Source: an uncultured Actinomycetota bacterium
GTDB lineage: Bacteria > Actinomycetota > Actinomycetes > BP-191
Length of the DNA: 64,000 nucleotides
Assembly (NCBI GenBank): GCA_963765815.1
Contig: CAVXXT010000008.1
Span: 178,666 to 242,665, forward strand
Reading direction: 5' to 3'
Shown: positions 1-8,704 of the stretch, piece after piece
How positions within the stretch are numbered: position 1 is the first letter of the stretch
How the letters are laid out: each line of letters starts with the position of its first letter
Position numbers and translations under genes: made by a program
Notes under the pieces: generated by a model
The model's database searches: none
Seen by the model: the letters and a program-made list of their open reading frames with translations, nothing else
Told to the model about the DNA's origin: nothing

Positions 1-591
1 GCTGAAGCCGGTCGCCGCGGGACGCGCGTCGAGTGCCATCCGCACGTTGTCGGCCAGGGCCCGCCAGGAGGAAGTGGCCGCGGTCGCCACCGACTCGGCA
101 GCGCAGGTCGCGGCCACGATCCCGAGCAGCTCCTCCTCGACCTCGTCGCCGATCGGACGCACCGCGTTGTACGGCGGGGTGAGACCGGCGAGCAGCAGAC
201 GCACGCGGGCGTACGTCGCGTCGGTGGTCGGCAGTGTCCGCCAGCCCGGCGTCAGGGTGATCTCCGCGACGAGGGCCGGGCTCAGCCGGACGAACACGCA
301 GTGGTCACCGGCCGGGTGCACGAGCGTGCGCCGGTAGGTCTGGCCGTCGGCGTACAGCACGGCCTGGTTGCGGTCGGCGACGATCTGCTCCCGGCCGCGG
401 CGGAGCAAGACGCAGGTCCCGGGGAAGACGAGCAGGTCGCCTTGCGCGACGACGTTGTCGGTCTGCCACAGCGGGTCGTCGGGGAGGCAGCGGAACCGGC
501 CGAGCACGACGTCGACGCCGGCGTGCAACACGGTGCTGTTGCCGCCCGGCGGCGTCTGCGTTGACCACGGCACGCGCCCAGCATGGCCCAC
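1..591 (-). CDS. AraC-family transcriptional regulator, N-terminal effector-binding half (3' end lies beyond window start)
   Basis: The minus-strand frame is open to the window edge, so it is absent from the ORF track. Translation ...HAGVDVVLGRFRCLPDDPLWQTDNVVAQGDLLVFPGTCVLLRRGREQIVADRNQAVLYADGQTYRRTLVHPAGDHCVFVRLSPALVAEI... resembles the cupin-like N-terminal half of AraC regulators. The GTG start at 591 is a guess. Confidence 0.5.
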   Translation of the reverse strand, partial: MGHAGRVPWSTQTPPGGNSTVLHAGVDVVLGRFRCLPDDPLWQTDNVVAQGDLLVFPGTCVLLRRGREQIVADRNQAVLYADGQTYRRTLVHPAGDHCVFVRLSPALVAEITLTPGWRTLPTTDATYARVRLLLAGLTPPYNAVRPIGDEVEEELLGIVAATCAAESVATAATSSWRALADNVRMALDARPAATGFS

Positions 592-675
592 CGCGACGTG
601 CCGCACACCAGGTCCGCACGATCGTGACAGCGCTTGTGATGGATCTGTTGCCGCGGCTCGGCAGCGTGACCGGGC

Positions 676-1692
676 ATGAACCGCTGCCTCCGCGCCGGCC
701 TCGCCGCCGCCCTCGCCCTCGTCGGCTGCGCCGGCAGCCCGGCCCGCTCCGAGCTGTCCCCATCAGGCGACCCGTCGCGATCCGCCGACCCGTCGCCGCT
801 GTCGACGCCGCTCCCGGTCGCCGACCCGGCGTACGTCGTGGCGCGCATTCACGTCGGCGCGCAGCCGTGCGGTGTCGTCGCCGAGCCGAGCGCGGTCTGG
901 ATCTCGACCTTCGGCAGCAACGCGCTGCACCGCATCGATCCGCAGACCGACACGGTCACCGACGTCGTCCCGGTCGGCGCGGCGCCGTGCGGGCTCGGGT
1001 ACGGCGCAGGATCGATCTGGACGTCGGACTACCAGGGCAACACGGTCACCCGCGTCGACGTGAAGACCCGCAAAGTCGTCGCCACCATCGCGGTGGGACG
1101 AGCGCCGTACGACGCCGCGTTCGGGCTCGGCAGCGCATGGGTCACCAACGGCACCGACGGCACGGTGAGCCGCATCGACCCGGCGACGAACACGGTCGTC
1201 GCCACGATCGAGGTCGGACCCAACCCGGCCGGCGTCGCCATCGTCGGCGACAGCGCGTGGGTGCCGACCGGGCCGGGTGTCCTCGTGCGGATCGACGGGC
1301 GCACCAACAAGGTCCGCCAGGAGACACAGGTCACCGAGTCGCTGCTCACCTGGACCTCGCACAGCGAGGACGCGCTGTGGGTGTCGGCGCCGCAGGAGGC
1401 GACGGTCTACGAGATCGACACCCGCAGCGGGCGCGTGCTCGGCCAGGCGAAGGCCGGCACCAAGCCGGCCGACGGCGACGTCCTCGGCCCCGATGTGTGG
1501 GTGCCCAACCGCGGGCCCGGCCCGGGCGCGGCCCTGCTGCGGATCGACCGTCGTACGCGCACCGTCACGTCACTGACGCCGCCGCTGCTCGACGGGTTCG
1601 TGGTCGGCACCGGCTTCGGCGACGTGTGGGTGCCTGACTTCGGCGGCACCGACCTCCTGCGGGTCCGCCCGTCGCTGGTGCCGACCGGCTGA
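676..1692 (+). CDS. Secreted lipoprotein with YVTN/YncE-like beta-propeller repeats
   Basis: 338-aa track ORF. The N-terminus MNRCLRAGLAAALALVGCAGS has a signal peptide plus lipobox (LVGC). The body shows repeated RIDxxTxxVxxxIxVGxxPxG...WV units. Confidence 0.75.
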   Translation: MNRCLRAGLAAALALVGCAGSPARSELSPSGDPSRSADPSPLSTPLPVADPAYVVARIHVGAQPCGVVAEPSAVWISTFGSNALHRIDPQTDTVTDVVPVGAAPCGLGYGAGSIWTSDYQGNTVTRVDVKTRKVVATIAVGRAPYDAAFGLGSAWVTNGTDGTVSRIDPATNTVVATIEVGPNPAGVAIVGDSAWVPTGPGVLVRIDGRTNKVRQETQVTESLLTWTSHSEDALWVSAPQEATVYEIDTRSGRVLGQAKAGTKPADGDVLGPDVWVPNRGPGPGAALLRIDRRTRTVTSLTPPLLDGFVVGTGFGDVWVPDFGGTDLLRVRPSLVPTG

Positions 1693-1711
1693 CGATGCGG
1701 TGGAGCAGGCA

Positions 1712-1803
1712 TGGCGGAGGCTCCGGGATTTGAACCCGGGATGGGGGTTAACCCAAACCGCATTAGCAGTGCGGCGCCATAGACCGGACTAGGCGAAGCC
1801 TCC
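1712..1803 (-). tRNA. tRNA-Ser (anticodon GCT), encoded CCA end
   Basis: The reverse complement reads GGAGGCTTCGCCTAGTCCGGTCTATGGCGCCGCACTGCTAATGCGGTTTGGGTTAACCCCCATCCCGGGTTCAAATCCCGGAGCCTCCGCCA. It has a 7-bp acceptor stem, anticodon loop CTGCTAA, a long variable arm and a GGTTCAAATCC T-loop. Confidence 0.9.
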
Positions 1804-1975
1804 AATGAGCACCGGTAGGACACCGACCGGCTTCAGGAGGATAGACGTGCGCCGAGCGGCGCTCCAACCCGGCACGGCGATCGTGACGATCGGCTCCGCA
1901 GTTCTCCGGCGACGCGCGGCGCGCGTCGCCGGACAAGCGCGGAGCTGAGCGGGATCCGCCGCCGCCCGGCCGTGC

Positions 1976-2419
1976 TCAGCCGCCGAGGGGTCGGTCGGTG
2001 GCGTGGCTGCGGCCGCGGAACTCGGCGACCACGGCGTCGCCGCAGCGCACCGTGACGTCGTACAGCCCGGTACGCCGGCCGCGGTGTCGCTCGACCGCGG
2101 TCGCGACCAGCTCGTCGCCGAGCCGAGCGGGGCGGACGAAGACGACGTCGGCGCCGGCCGCGAGGGTCACGACGCCGTAGGTGTTGCAGGCGAAGGCGAA
2201 CGCCGTGTCGGCGAGGGTGAAGACCAGCCCGCCGTGGCAGACGTCGTGGCCGTTGACCATCGTCGCGGTCACCGTCATCCGCGCGTTCGCCCGACCGGGG
2301 GAGACGTCGCTGACCGCGATCCCGAGCGTCTGCGAGGCCAGGTCCGCGGCGTACATCGCCTCGGCGCACCGCTCCGCCAGCGCCCGCACCTCGTCGCCGT
2401 CAGCGTGCACGCTGGGCAC
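1976..2419 (-). CDS. paaI: PaaI-type hotdog-fold thioesterase (hydroxyphenylacetyl-CoA thioesterase)
   Basis: This is the C-terminal part of the 184-aa track ORF. ...MVNGHDVCHGGLVFTLADTAFAFACN... is the PaaI-family core, and the gene is divergent from paaA. The start was set at in-frame GTG 2419 (GTG 2410 is also possible). Confidence 0.7.
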   Translation of the reverse strand: MPSVHADGDEVRALAERCAEAMYAADLASQTLGIAVSDVSPGRANARMTVTATMVNGHDVCHGGLVFTLADTAFAFACNTYGVVTLAAGADVVFVRPARLGDELVATAVERHRGRRTGLYDVTVRCGDAVVAEFRGRSHATDRPLGG

Positions 2420-2438
2420 CCTAGCCGCGTCGTCTCGC

Positions 2439-2491
2439 CTAACTGTGTGGGGCGCTGAACACGGGCGACGTCGTACCCACCACACAGTTCG
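2439..2491. repeat. Palindromic intergenic element, copy A (arms AACTGTGTGG / CCACACAGTT)
   Basis: Inverted arms lie at 2441-2450 and 2480-2489. The centre GGCGCTGAACACGGGCGACGTCGTACCC is related to the other five copies. It sits in the paaI/paaA divergent region. Confidence 0.6.
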
Positions 2492-2590
2492 CCAATCAGA
2501 CCTTCCCGACCGAACGGTCGGACGGTACACTCGGACCTTCTACGCTGGGTACGCCGCAAGTGACTGACCCGAACACCACGAGGCGAGCAG

Positions 2591-3535
2591 ATGACGACTG
2601 AGCTGGAGCTGGGCTTCCAGGAGACCCTGGACGCCGACCTGCGGGTAGAGCCGCGGGACTGGATGCCCGAGGCGTACCGCAAGACGCTGATCCGCCAGAT
2701 CGCGCAGCACGCGCACAGCGAGATCATCGGCATGCAGCCGGAGGGCAACTGGATCACCCGCGCGCCGAGCCTGCGCCGCAAGGCGATCCTGATGGCCAAG
2801 GTGCAGGACGAGGCCGGCCATGGGCTCTACCTCTACAGCGCCGCCGAGACCCTCGGCATGAGCCGCGAGGAGATGGGCGACCTGCTGCTCGCCGGCCGCC
2901 AGCGCTACTCGAGCATCTTCAACTACCCGACCCCGACGTGGGCCGACATGGGCGCGATCGGCTGGCTCGTCGACGGTGCTGCGATCGTCAACCAGGTGCC
3001 GCTGTGCCGCTGCTCCTACGGCCCCTACGCCCGGGCGATGACGCGCATCTGCAAGGAGGAGAGCTTCCACCAGCGGCAGGGCTTCGAGATCCTGCTCCAC
3101 CTCTCGCGGGGAACAGCAGCACAGCACGACATGGCGCAGGACGCGGTCGACCGCTGGTGGTGGCCGAGCCTGATGATGTTCGGCCCGCCGGACGACGAGA
3201 GCCCCAACTCCGCGCAGTCGATGGCCTGGAAGATCAAGCGGCACAGCAACGACGAGCTGCGGCAGAAGTTCGTCGACATGAGCGTCCCGCAGGCCGAGGT
3301 GCTGGGGCTCACGCTGCCCGACCCCGACCTGCGCCTCAACGCCGACACCGGTCACTACGACTTCGGCGAGATCGACTGGAACGAGTTCAACGAGGTGCTG
3401 CGCGGCAACGGCCCGTGCAACCGGGCCCGCATAGAGCACCGGCGTACGGCGCACGCCGAAGGCGCCTGGGTGCGCGACGCCGCGGCGGCGTACGCCGAGA
3501 AGCAGCGCGCTCGCGCAGAGGGCAGTGCCGCATGA
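2591..3535 (+). CDS. paaA: 1,2-phenylacetyl-CoA epoxidase subunit A
   Basis: 314 aa. ...[55 protein letters not shown]... is typical of the di-iron PaaA subunit. It is the first gene of a paaABCDE-order operon. Confidence 0.95.
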   Translation: MTTELELGFQETLDADLRVEPRDWMPEAYRKTLIRQIAQHAHSEIIGMQPEGNWITRAPSLRRKAILMAKVQDEAGHGLYLYSAAETLGMSREEMGDLLLAGRQRYSSIFNYPTPTWADMGAIGWLVDGAAIVNQVPLCRCSYGPYARAMTRICKEESFHQRQGFEILLHLSRGTAAQHDMAQDAVDRWWWPSLMMFGPPDDESPNSAQSMAWKIKRHSNDELRQKFVDMSVPQAEVLGLTLPDPDLRLNADTGHYDFGEIDWNEFNEVLRGNGPCNRARIEHRRTAHAEGAWVRDAAAAYAEKQRARAEGSAA

Positions 3536-3822
3536 GCAGCACTCCGCCGACGACGCTGTGGGAGGTCTTCATCCGCAGCAAGCGCGGCCTGTCGCACAAC
3601 CACGTCGGCAGCCTCCACGCGCCGGACGCCGAGATGGCGCTGCGCAACGCGCGCGACGTCTACACCCGCCGGCAGGAGGGCGTGAGCATCTGGGTCGTGC
3701 CCGCGACCGAGATCGTCGCGAGCTCCCCGGACGAGAAGGACTCGTTCTTCGACCCGGCCGCCGACAAGGTCTACCGGCACCCGACGTTCTACGACATCCC
3801 GGCCGAGGTTCAGCACCTGTGA
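3532..3822 (+). CDS. paaB: 1,2-phenylacetyl-CoA epoxidase subunit B
   Basis: ATG 3532 overlaps the paaA stop (ATGA) and is frame-checked. 96 aa: [47 protein letters not shown]... Confidence 0.9.
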   Translation: MSSTPPTTLWEVFIRSKRGLSHNHVGSLHAPDAEMALRNARDVYTRRQEGVSIWVVPATEIVASSPDEKDSFFDPAADKVYRHPTFYDIPAEVQHL

Positions 3823-4586
3823 CCGGTACGCCGGCCGTCCCCGCCGTATCGACGTACGCGCTGCGCCTCGGCGACGACGCGCTGATCCTCGCCCAGCGCC
3901 TGTCCGCGTGGTCCTCCCGCGGCCCGGACCTCGAGGAGGACATCGCGCTGACCAACATCGGCCTCGACCTGCTCGGCCAGGCGCGCAACCTCCTGACGTA
4001 CGCCGGGGAGGCCGAGGGTCGCGGCCGCGACGAGGACGCGCTGGCCTACCTGCGCGAGGAGCGGGAGTTCACCAACCTGCTGCTGGTCGAGCAGCCCAAC
4101 GGCGACTTCGCGCACACCATCGCGCGCCAGCTCTTCTTCTCGACCTACCAGCTCGCGCTGTGGGAGTCGCTGCAGGGCTCCGCCGACGCCACGCTGGCCG
4201 GCATCGCCGGCAAGGCGGTCAAGGAGGCCGACTACCACCGCGACCACGCCGTGCAGTGGACGCTGCGTCTGGGCGACGGCACCGAGGAGAGCCACCGCCG
4301 GATGCAGGACGGCCTTGACGCCATGTGGCCCTACGTCGCTGAGGTCTTCTCGGCGGACGAGCTGGAAACCGGCCTGGTCGCCGCAGGAGTGGCCGCCGAC
4401 ACGGAGAAACTGCGCAGTGGCTGGGACACCTTCGTCGACGGAGTGCTCGCCGAGGCAACGCTGTCCCGACCCGAGGACCTGTGGTCCCCGAGCGGTGGTC
4501 GCCGCGGCATGCACACCGAGTCGATGGGCTACCTGCTGGCCGAGATGCAGCACCTCCATCGATCGCACCCCGGAGCAACCTGGTGA
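3819..4586 (+). CDS. paaC: 1,2-phenylacetyl-CoA epoxidase subunit C
   Basis: GTG 3819 overlaps the paaB stop (GTGA) and is frame-checked. 255 aa: ...YALRLGDDALILAQRLSAW...TNIGLDLLGQAR... Size and position fit PaaC. Confidence 0.85.
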   Translation: MTGTPAVPAVSTYALRLGDDALILAQRLSAWSSRGPDLEEDIALTNIGLDLLGQARNLLTYAGEAEGRGRDEDALAYLREEREFTNLLLVEQPNGDFAHTIARQLFFSTYQLALWESLQGSADATLAGIAGKAVKEADYHRDHAVQWTLRLGDGTEESHRRMQDGLDAMWPYVAEVFSADELETGLVAAGVAADTEKLRSGWDTFVDGVLAEATLSRPEDLWSPSGGRRGMHTESMGYLLAEMQHLHRSHPGATW

Positions 4587-5113
4587 GCAGCAGCTGGACC
4601 GCGACCGACGGTCATGGCGTGCACGAGAGAGCAGCCGACCTCCGGCAGGTCCTGCACGCCGTGACCGACCCGGAGATCCCGGTCCTCACCATCGAGGACC
4701 TCGGGATCCTGCGCGGCCTCGAGGTGCGCGGTGACGGGCACGTGATCGTGACAATCACGCCGACGTACTCCGGCTGCCCCGCGATGCAGGTGATCACCGA
4801 CGAGATCCTGCTCTCGTTGGCCGCCGCCGGATACGCCGACGCCTCCGTCAAGACCGTCCTGGCCCCGGCCTGGACCACCGACTGGATGACCGACGACGGC
4901 CGGCGCAAGCTCAAGGAGTACGGCATCGCGCCGCCCACCGGCCGGATGCCCGCGGGCGCGTCGCAGCCGGTGCCGGTCGGCCTGTCGGTCCGCTGCCCGC
5001 AATGCGGCTCGCCGGACACCCGCGAGATCTCCCGTTTCGGCTCGACCGCGTGCAAGTCGCTGTGGTCGTGCAAGACCTGCCTCGAGCCGTTCGACCACTT
5101 CAAGGCGATCTGA
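4583..5113 (+). CDS. paaD: Phenylacetate-CoA oxygenase subunit PaaD (PaaJ)
   Basis: GTG 4583 overlaps the paaC stop. It has a DPEIPVLTIEDLGILR (MIP18/SUF-like) block and C-terminal CPQCGS...CKTC cysteines. Confidence 0.8.
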   Translation: MSSSWTATDGHGVHERAADLRQVLHAVTDPEIPVLTIEDLGILRGLEVRGDGHVIVTITPTYSGCPAMQVITDEILLSLAAAGYADASVKTVLAPAWTTDWMTDDGRRKLKEYGIAPPTGRMPAGASQPVPVGLSVRCPQCGSPDTREISRFGSTACKSLWSCKTCLEPFDHFKAI

Positions 5114-5117
5114 GCAG

Positions 5118-6233
5118 GTGTCTCCGGCTGACACGACGGCGGCGCCCGCGCGCCGCCACGCGGTCTTCCACCCGTTGCGCGTCGGCGCGATCGAGCGGCT
5201 GGTCGAGGACGCGGTCGCGATCACGTTCGACGTACCGGAGTCGCTGCGTGAGGAGTTCCGCTTCACCCAGGGCCAGCACCTCACGCTGCGTACGACGCTC
5301 GGCGGCGACGAGGTCCGCCGCAACTACTCGATCTGCTCGCCCGCGCCGGACGGCCCGCTGCGGGTCGCCGTGAAACGACTCGAGGGCGGCGTGTTCTCGG
5401 TCTGGGCCAACGACCTGCTCGCGGTCGGCGACGAGGTCGAGGTGATGACGCCGACCGGGCGGTTCAACGTCGCCCTCGACCCGGCACTGGCGCGGCACCA
5501 CGTCTTCATCGCCGCCGGCAGCGGGATCACGCCGGTGCTGTCGCTGCTGTCGACGACGCTGGCGGCCGAGCCGGCGAGCCGCTGCACGCTGGTCTACGGC
5601 AACCGCACCACCAGCTCGATCATGTTCCTCGAGGAGCTCGAGGACCTGAAGAACCGCTACACGACGCGCTTCTCGCTGATCAACGTGCTGTCGCGCGAGG
5701 CGCAGGAGGTCGACCTCTTCAGCGGCCGCATCGACGACGCCAAGCTGGCGCAGCTCTTCGCGACCCTGCTGCCGCCGGGCGACGTCGACGAGTGGTACCT
5801 CTGCGGGCCGTTCGCGCTGGTCGAGTCAGCGCGCGGGGTGCTGCGCGACGTGGGCGTCGAGGCGGCGCGGGTGCACCTCGAGCTGTTCCACGTCGAGGGC
5901 GAGCCGGTGCGCGCCCCCCGTCCGGTCTCCGCCGGCGGTGCCGCCGACGACTCGACCAGCACCGTGACGATCGTGCTCGACGGGCGGTCGACGACGTTCG
6001 AGCTCGCGCCGTACGCCGAGTCGGTCCTCGACGCCGCGCTCAAGGCGCGCGGCGATGCGCCGTACGCGTGCAAGGGCGGCGTCTGCGGCACCTGTCGCGC
6101 GAAGGTCGTCGAGGGCGCGGTCGAGATGGACCGCAACTACGCGCTCGAGGCCGACGAGATCGCCGCCGGCGTCGTACTCGCCTGCCAGTCCCACCCCACG
6201 ACTCCCACCGTGACGTTGGACTTCGACCAGTAG
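5118..6233 (+). CDS. paaE: Phenylacetyl-CoA epoxidase reductase subunit (FNR-like domain plus 2Fe-2S ferredoxin)
   Basis: 371 aa. It has flavin/NAD(P)H motifs (RNYSICS, AAGSGITP) and a C-terminal plant-type cluster motif CKGGVCGTCRAKV...LACQ. Confidence 0.9.
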   Translation: MSPADTTAAPARRHAVFHPLRVGAIERLVEDAVAITFDVPESLREEFRFTQGQHLTLRTTLGGDEVRRNYSICSPAPDGPLRVAVKRLEGGVFSVWANDLLAVGDEVEVMTPTGRFNVALDPALARHHVFIAAGSGITPVLSLLSTTLAAEPASRCTLVYGNRTTSSIMFLEELEDLKNRYTTRFSLINVLSREAQEVDLFSGRIDDAKLAQLFATLLPPGDVDEWYLCGPFALVESARGVLRDVGVEAARVHLELFHVEGEPVRAPRPVSAGGAADDSTSTVTIVLDGRSTTFELAPYAESVLDAALKARGDAPYACKGGVCGTCRAKVVEGAVEMDRNYALEADEIAAGVVLACQSHPTTPTVTLDFDQ

Positions 6234-6245
6234 CCGCCCACCGCC

Positions 6246-6302
6246 CGCGAACTGTGCGGCGTCGGTAGCGGTGCGCGTGCTCAGCCCGTCGCACAGTTCG
6301 CG
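6246..6302. repeat. Palindromic intergenic element, copy B (arms CGCGAACTGTGCG / CGCACAGTTCGCG)
   Basis: 13-bp perfect inverted arms lie at 6246-6258 and 6290-6302. It begins 13 nt after the paaE stop, preceded by CCGCCCACCGCC, between convergent genes. Confidence 0.7.
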
Positions 6303-6314
6303 ACGGGGTAGGCG

Positions 6315-8696
6315 CTAGGACGAGGACGCGGTACGGCGGAGCGCGTGCGCGGGGGCGGTCACGTCGGCGAACGCGGCGATGCGCAGCACGGAGCGCACCA
6401 CCGAGCCCTCGGGCGTCGACATGGCGGAGACGTCGACCGACAGCGCCCGGACGATGGCGAGTCCGCGGCCGTCGAGGCTGTCCGGGTGGGGGAGCTGCAT
6501 GCCGAGCGACGGCAGCCGCGGGTCGCCCGGGCCGTCGTCGCTGACCTCGATGACGATCTCGTCCTCACCGAGCAGTGCCGACAGCGACACCGACGACCGC
6601 GCGACGCGCACGCCGTTGGAGAGCAGCTCGGTCGCGACCAGCGCGAGGTCGTCGCCTTGGACGCCGAGCGCGGCGGCCCACTCGACCAGCTCGCGGCGCA
6701 CGACCGGCACCTCGGCAGGGGTGGGGTCGATCCGCCACCGCCGGGAGGGGGACGGCGCGTCGACCGGCGTACGACGCAGCACCAGGGCGAGAGAGTCGTC
6801 ACGGCGCTCGGCGCCGGCGAGCGACCGCGCCACCAGCTCGGTCGCGAACTCCTCCGGCGGCAGCGGGGCCAGCTCGGCCGCGTGCACGAGCAGCGACTCC
6901 ATGCCCTCGAGGATGTCCTTGCGGGCCTCGACCAGGCCGTCGGTGTAGAGGACGAGCGCGTCTCCGAGGGCGAGCCGGACCGTCGCGACGGAGTCGCTGC
7001 CGGCCCCCGGCCAGCCGACAGCGCCCCCGGTCGCGACGACCTGGTGGACCTCTCCACCCGCGCTGACGACGAGCGCCGGCGGGTGGCCGCCCGACGCGAC
7101 GCGCACGACGCCGGTCATCGGGTCGAAGCGGGCGACGACCACCGTCGCGACGAGGTCGGGGTGCTGCGCGCCGAGCAGCGCGTCGACCCGGCCCACCATC
7201 TCCTCGAGCGGCGTGCCGTCGAAGGCGACCAGCCGCAGCGCGTGCACGACCGACAGTGCGTCCTTGGTGGCCTCGACGCCGTGGCCGATCACGTCGACGA
7301 CGGCGACGTGCAGCTCGCCTGACGGCAGCGTCTGCCAGTCGAAGAGGTCGCCGCCGGTCGGTGAGGTCGGGTCCGACGGCTCGTAGCAGACGCCGAGCTG
7401 CGCACCGGCGACGACCGGCTGGTCGGGCATCACCGCCTGCTGCAGCTGCTCGACGACCACGCGCTGCGCCGCCAACGCCTCGGCGAGGCGCAGGTGCGCG
7501 AGCCGCTCGGAGAGCATCGTCTCGAGCAGCCGCCCCTTGGCCAGGGTGGCGGCGGTCTCTCGCGCAAGTGCCTCGAGCACCGCGAGCTGCCCGGCCGAGA
7601 CGCTCTCCACGCCGACCTGGTCGAGCACCATGATCGCGCCGGAGATCAGCCCGTCGTCCATCAGCGGGGCGTAGAGGCAGTCGCGCCAGCCGGCCTTGGC
7701 CAGCGCCGCCGACAGCGGCGTGTCACCCCCGGCGACGACGTACGCCGGCCACGGCTGCGCGGCGAGCGCCGCCTCGAACGACGGCGTGCCCTCGGGCTCG
7801 GTCGACGAGGTGATCTCGCCGGTCGGGCCGTCGGTCAGCCGGTGGATGTGCAGGCCGTCCTCGCTGCGTACGACGAGAGCCGTGCCCTGCGCGTCGAAGA
7901 CCTCCGCCACCTCGCGGAGGAACGGCCCGATCGCGTCGCGCGGGTCGATCGGCTCGTTGAGCGAGTGCGCCGCGCGGTGCAGGCCGAGCAGGCGGGCGCG
8001 GTCGGACGCGGCCGCCGCGTGGCCGAGGTAGGCCCGGTTGAGGATGACCAGCGGCAGCGCGAAGAGCAGCACCGACGCGGGGTGCGCGTCGTAGGCGAGC
8101 ACGTAGAGGATCCCGAAGAGCGCGTTGACCGAGAACGCGCCGAGCCAGCCGGGCACCAGCACCGGCGCGAGTCCGCCGCGGGTGTTGCCCGACCCCTGCT
8201 GGAGGATGGTCATGAGGCCGCTGAACGCGACCTGGTTGGTGATGCCGATCACCAGCATGCCGGCCAGCAGCGCGGCGAGGTTGCGCCACGACGTGCCGGA
8301 GCCATCGGCGAGCAGGCCGACCGTCAGGCTGCCGAGCGCGGCGGCGAGCGACCACTGCGCGACGTTGAACGCGGCCTTGATCGGCTCGTTGCGCCGGTAC
8401 GCCGCCGCGCCGATCTGGCCGGCCGCGACCGCGGCGACCACGAGCGGGCCGGAGAACGCGAAGACCAGCGGCGCCAGGATCGCCTCGACCAGGTTGAGCG
8501 CGTCGACCTCGTCGCCGTACCGGTAGCGCACCAGCAGGAACTCGGCCAGCCCGACCAGCACGGCGAGCACCGGCAGGGCGAGCCACGCGCGGTGCCCCGG
8601 GGCCGTGCTGCCGAGCTGGGGCTCGGCCATGGTCACGGCCGCCGCGGCGCCCGCGAGGACGGCGACGTAGAGCCAGATCAGGCGAGGGCGCGACAT
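6315..8696 (-). CDS. Membrane-bound sensor phosphatase: polytopic N-terminus, sensory region, PP2C/SpoIIE domain and RsbW-like HATPase domain
   Basis: ATG 8696 (frame-checked) lies inside the 1224-aa track ORF. It has ~250 aa of TM helices, a PP2C block (GGDLFDW...VVDVIGHGVEA...LVLYTDGLVE) and a C-terminal ATELLSNGVRVA...DDGPG...GRGLAIV. Confidence 0.8.
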   Translation of the reverse strand: MSRPRLIWLYVAVLAGAAAAVTMAEPQLGSTAPGHRAWLALPVLAVLVGLAEFLLVRYRYGDEVDALNLVEAILAPLVFAFSGPLVVAAVAAGQIGAAAYRRNEPIKAAFNVAQWSLAAALGSLTVGLLADGSGTSWRNLAALLAGMLVIGITNQVAFSGLMTILQQGSGNTRGGLAPVLVPGWLGAFSVNALFGILYVLAYDAHPASVLLFALPLVILNRAYLGHAAAASDRARLLGLHRAAHSLNEPIDPRDAIGPFLREVAEVFDAQGTALVVRSEDGLHIHRLTDGPTGEITSSTEPEGTPSFEAALAAQPWPAYVVAGGDTPLSAALAKAGWRDCLYAPLMDDGLISGAIMVLDQVGVESVSAGQLAVLEALARETAATLAKGRLLETMLSERLAHLRLAEALAAQRVVVEQLQQAVMPDQPVVAGAQLGVCYEPSDPTSPTGGDLFDWQTLPSGELHVAVVDVIGHGVEATKDALSVVHALRLVAFDGTPLEEMVGRVDALLGAQHPDLVATVVVARFDPMTGVVRVASGGHPPALVVSAGGEVHQVVATGGAVGWPGAGSDSVATVRLALGDALVLYTDGLVEARKDILEGMESLLVHAAELAPLPPEEFATELVARSLAGAERRDDSLALVLRRTPVDAPSPSRRWRIDPTPAEVPVVRRELVEWAAALGVQGDDLALVATELLSNGVRVARSSVSLSALLGEDEIVIEVSDDGPGDPRLPSLGMQLPHPDSLDGRGLAIVRALSVDVSAMSTPEGSVVRSVLRIAAFADVTAPAHALRRTASSS

Positions 8697-8704
8697 CGGT
8701 GCGA

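Noticed and set aside
2439-2491. Copy A of the element as a paa-specific (PaaR/PaaX-type) operator
   Set aside because: The same element occurs at five unrelated sites, and I cannot match it to the operator sequences I remember for PaaR or PaaX. A general repeat is the simpler reading.
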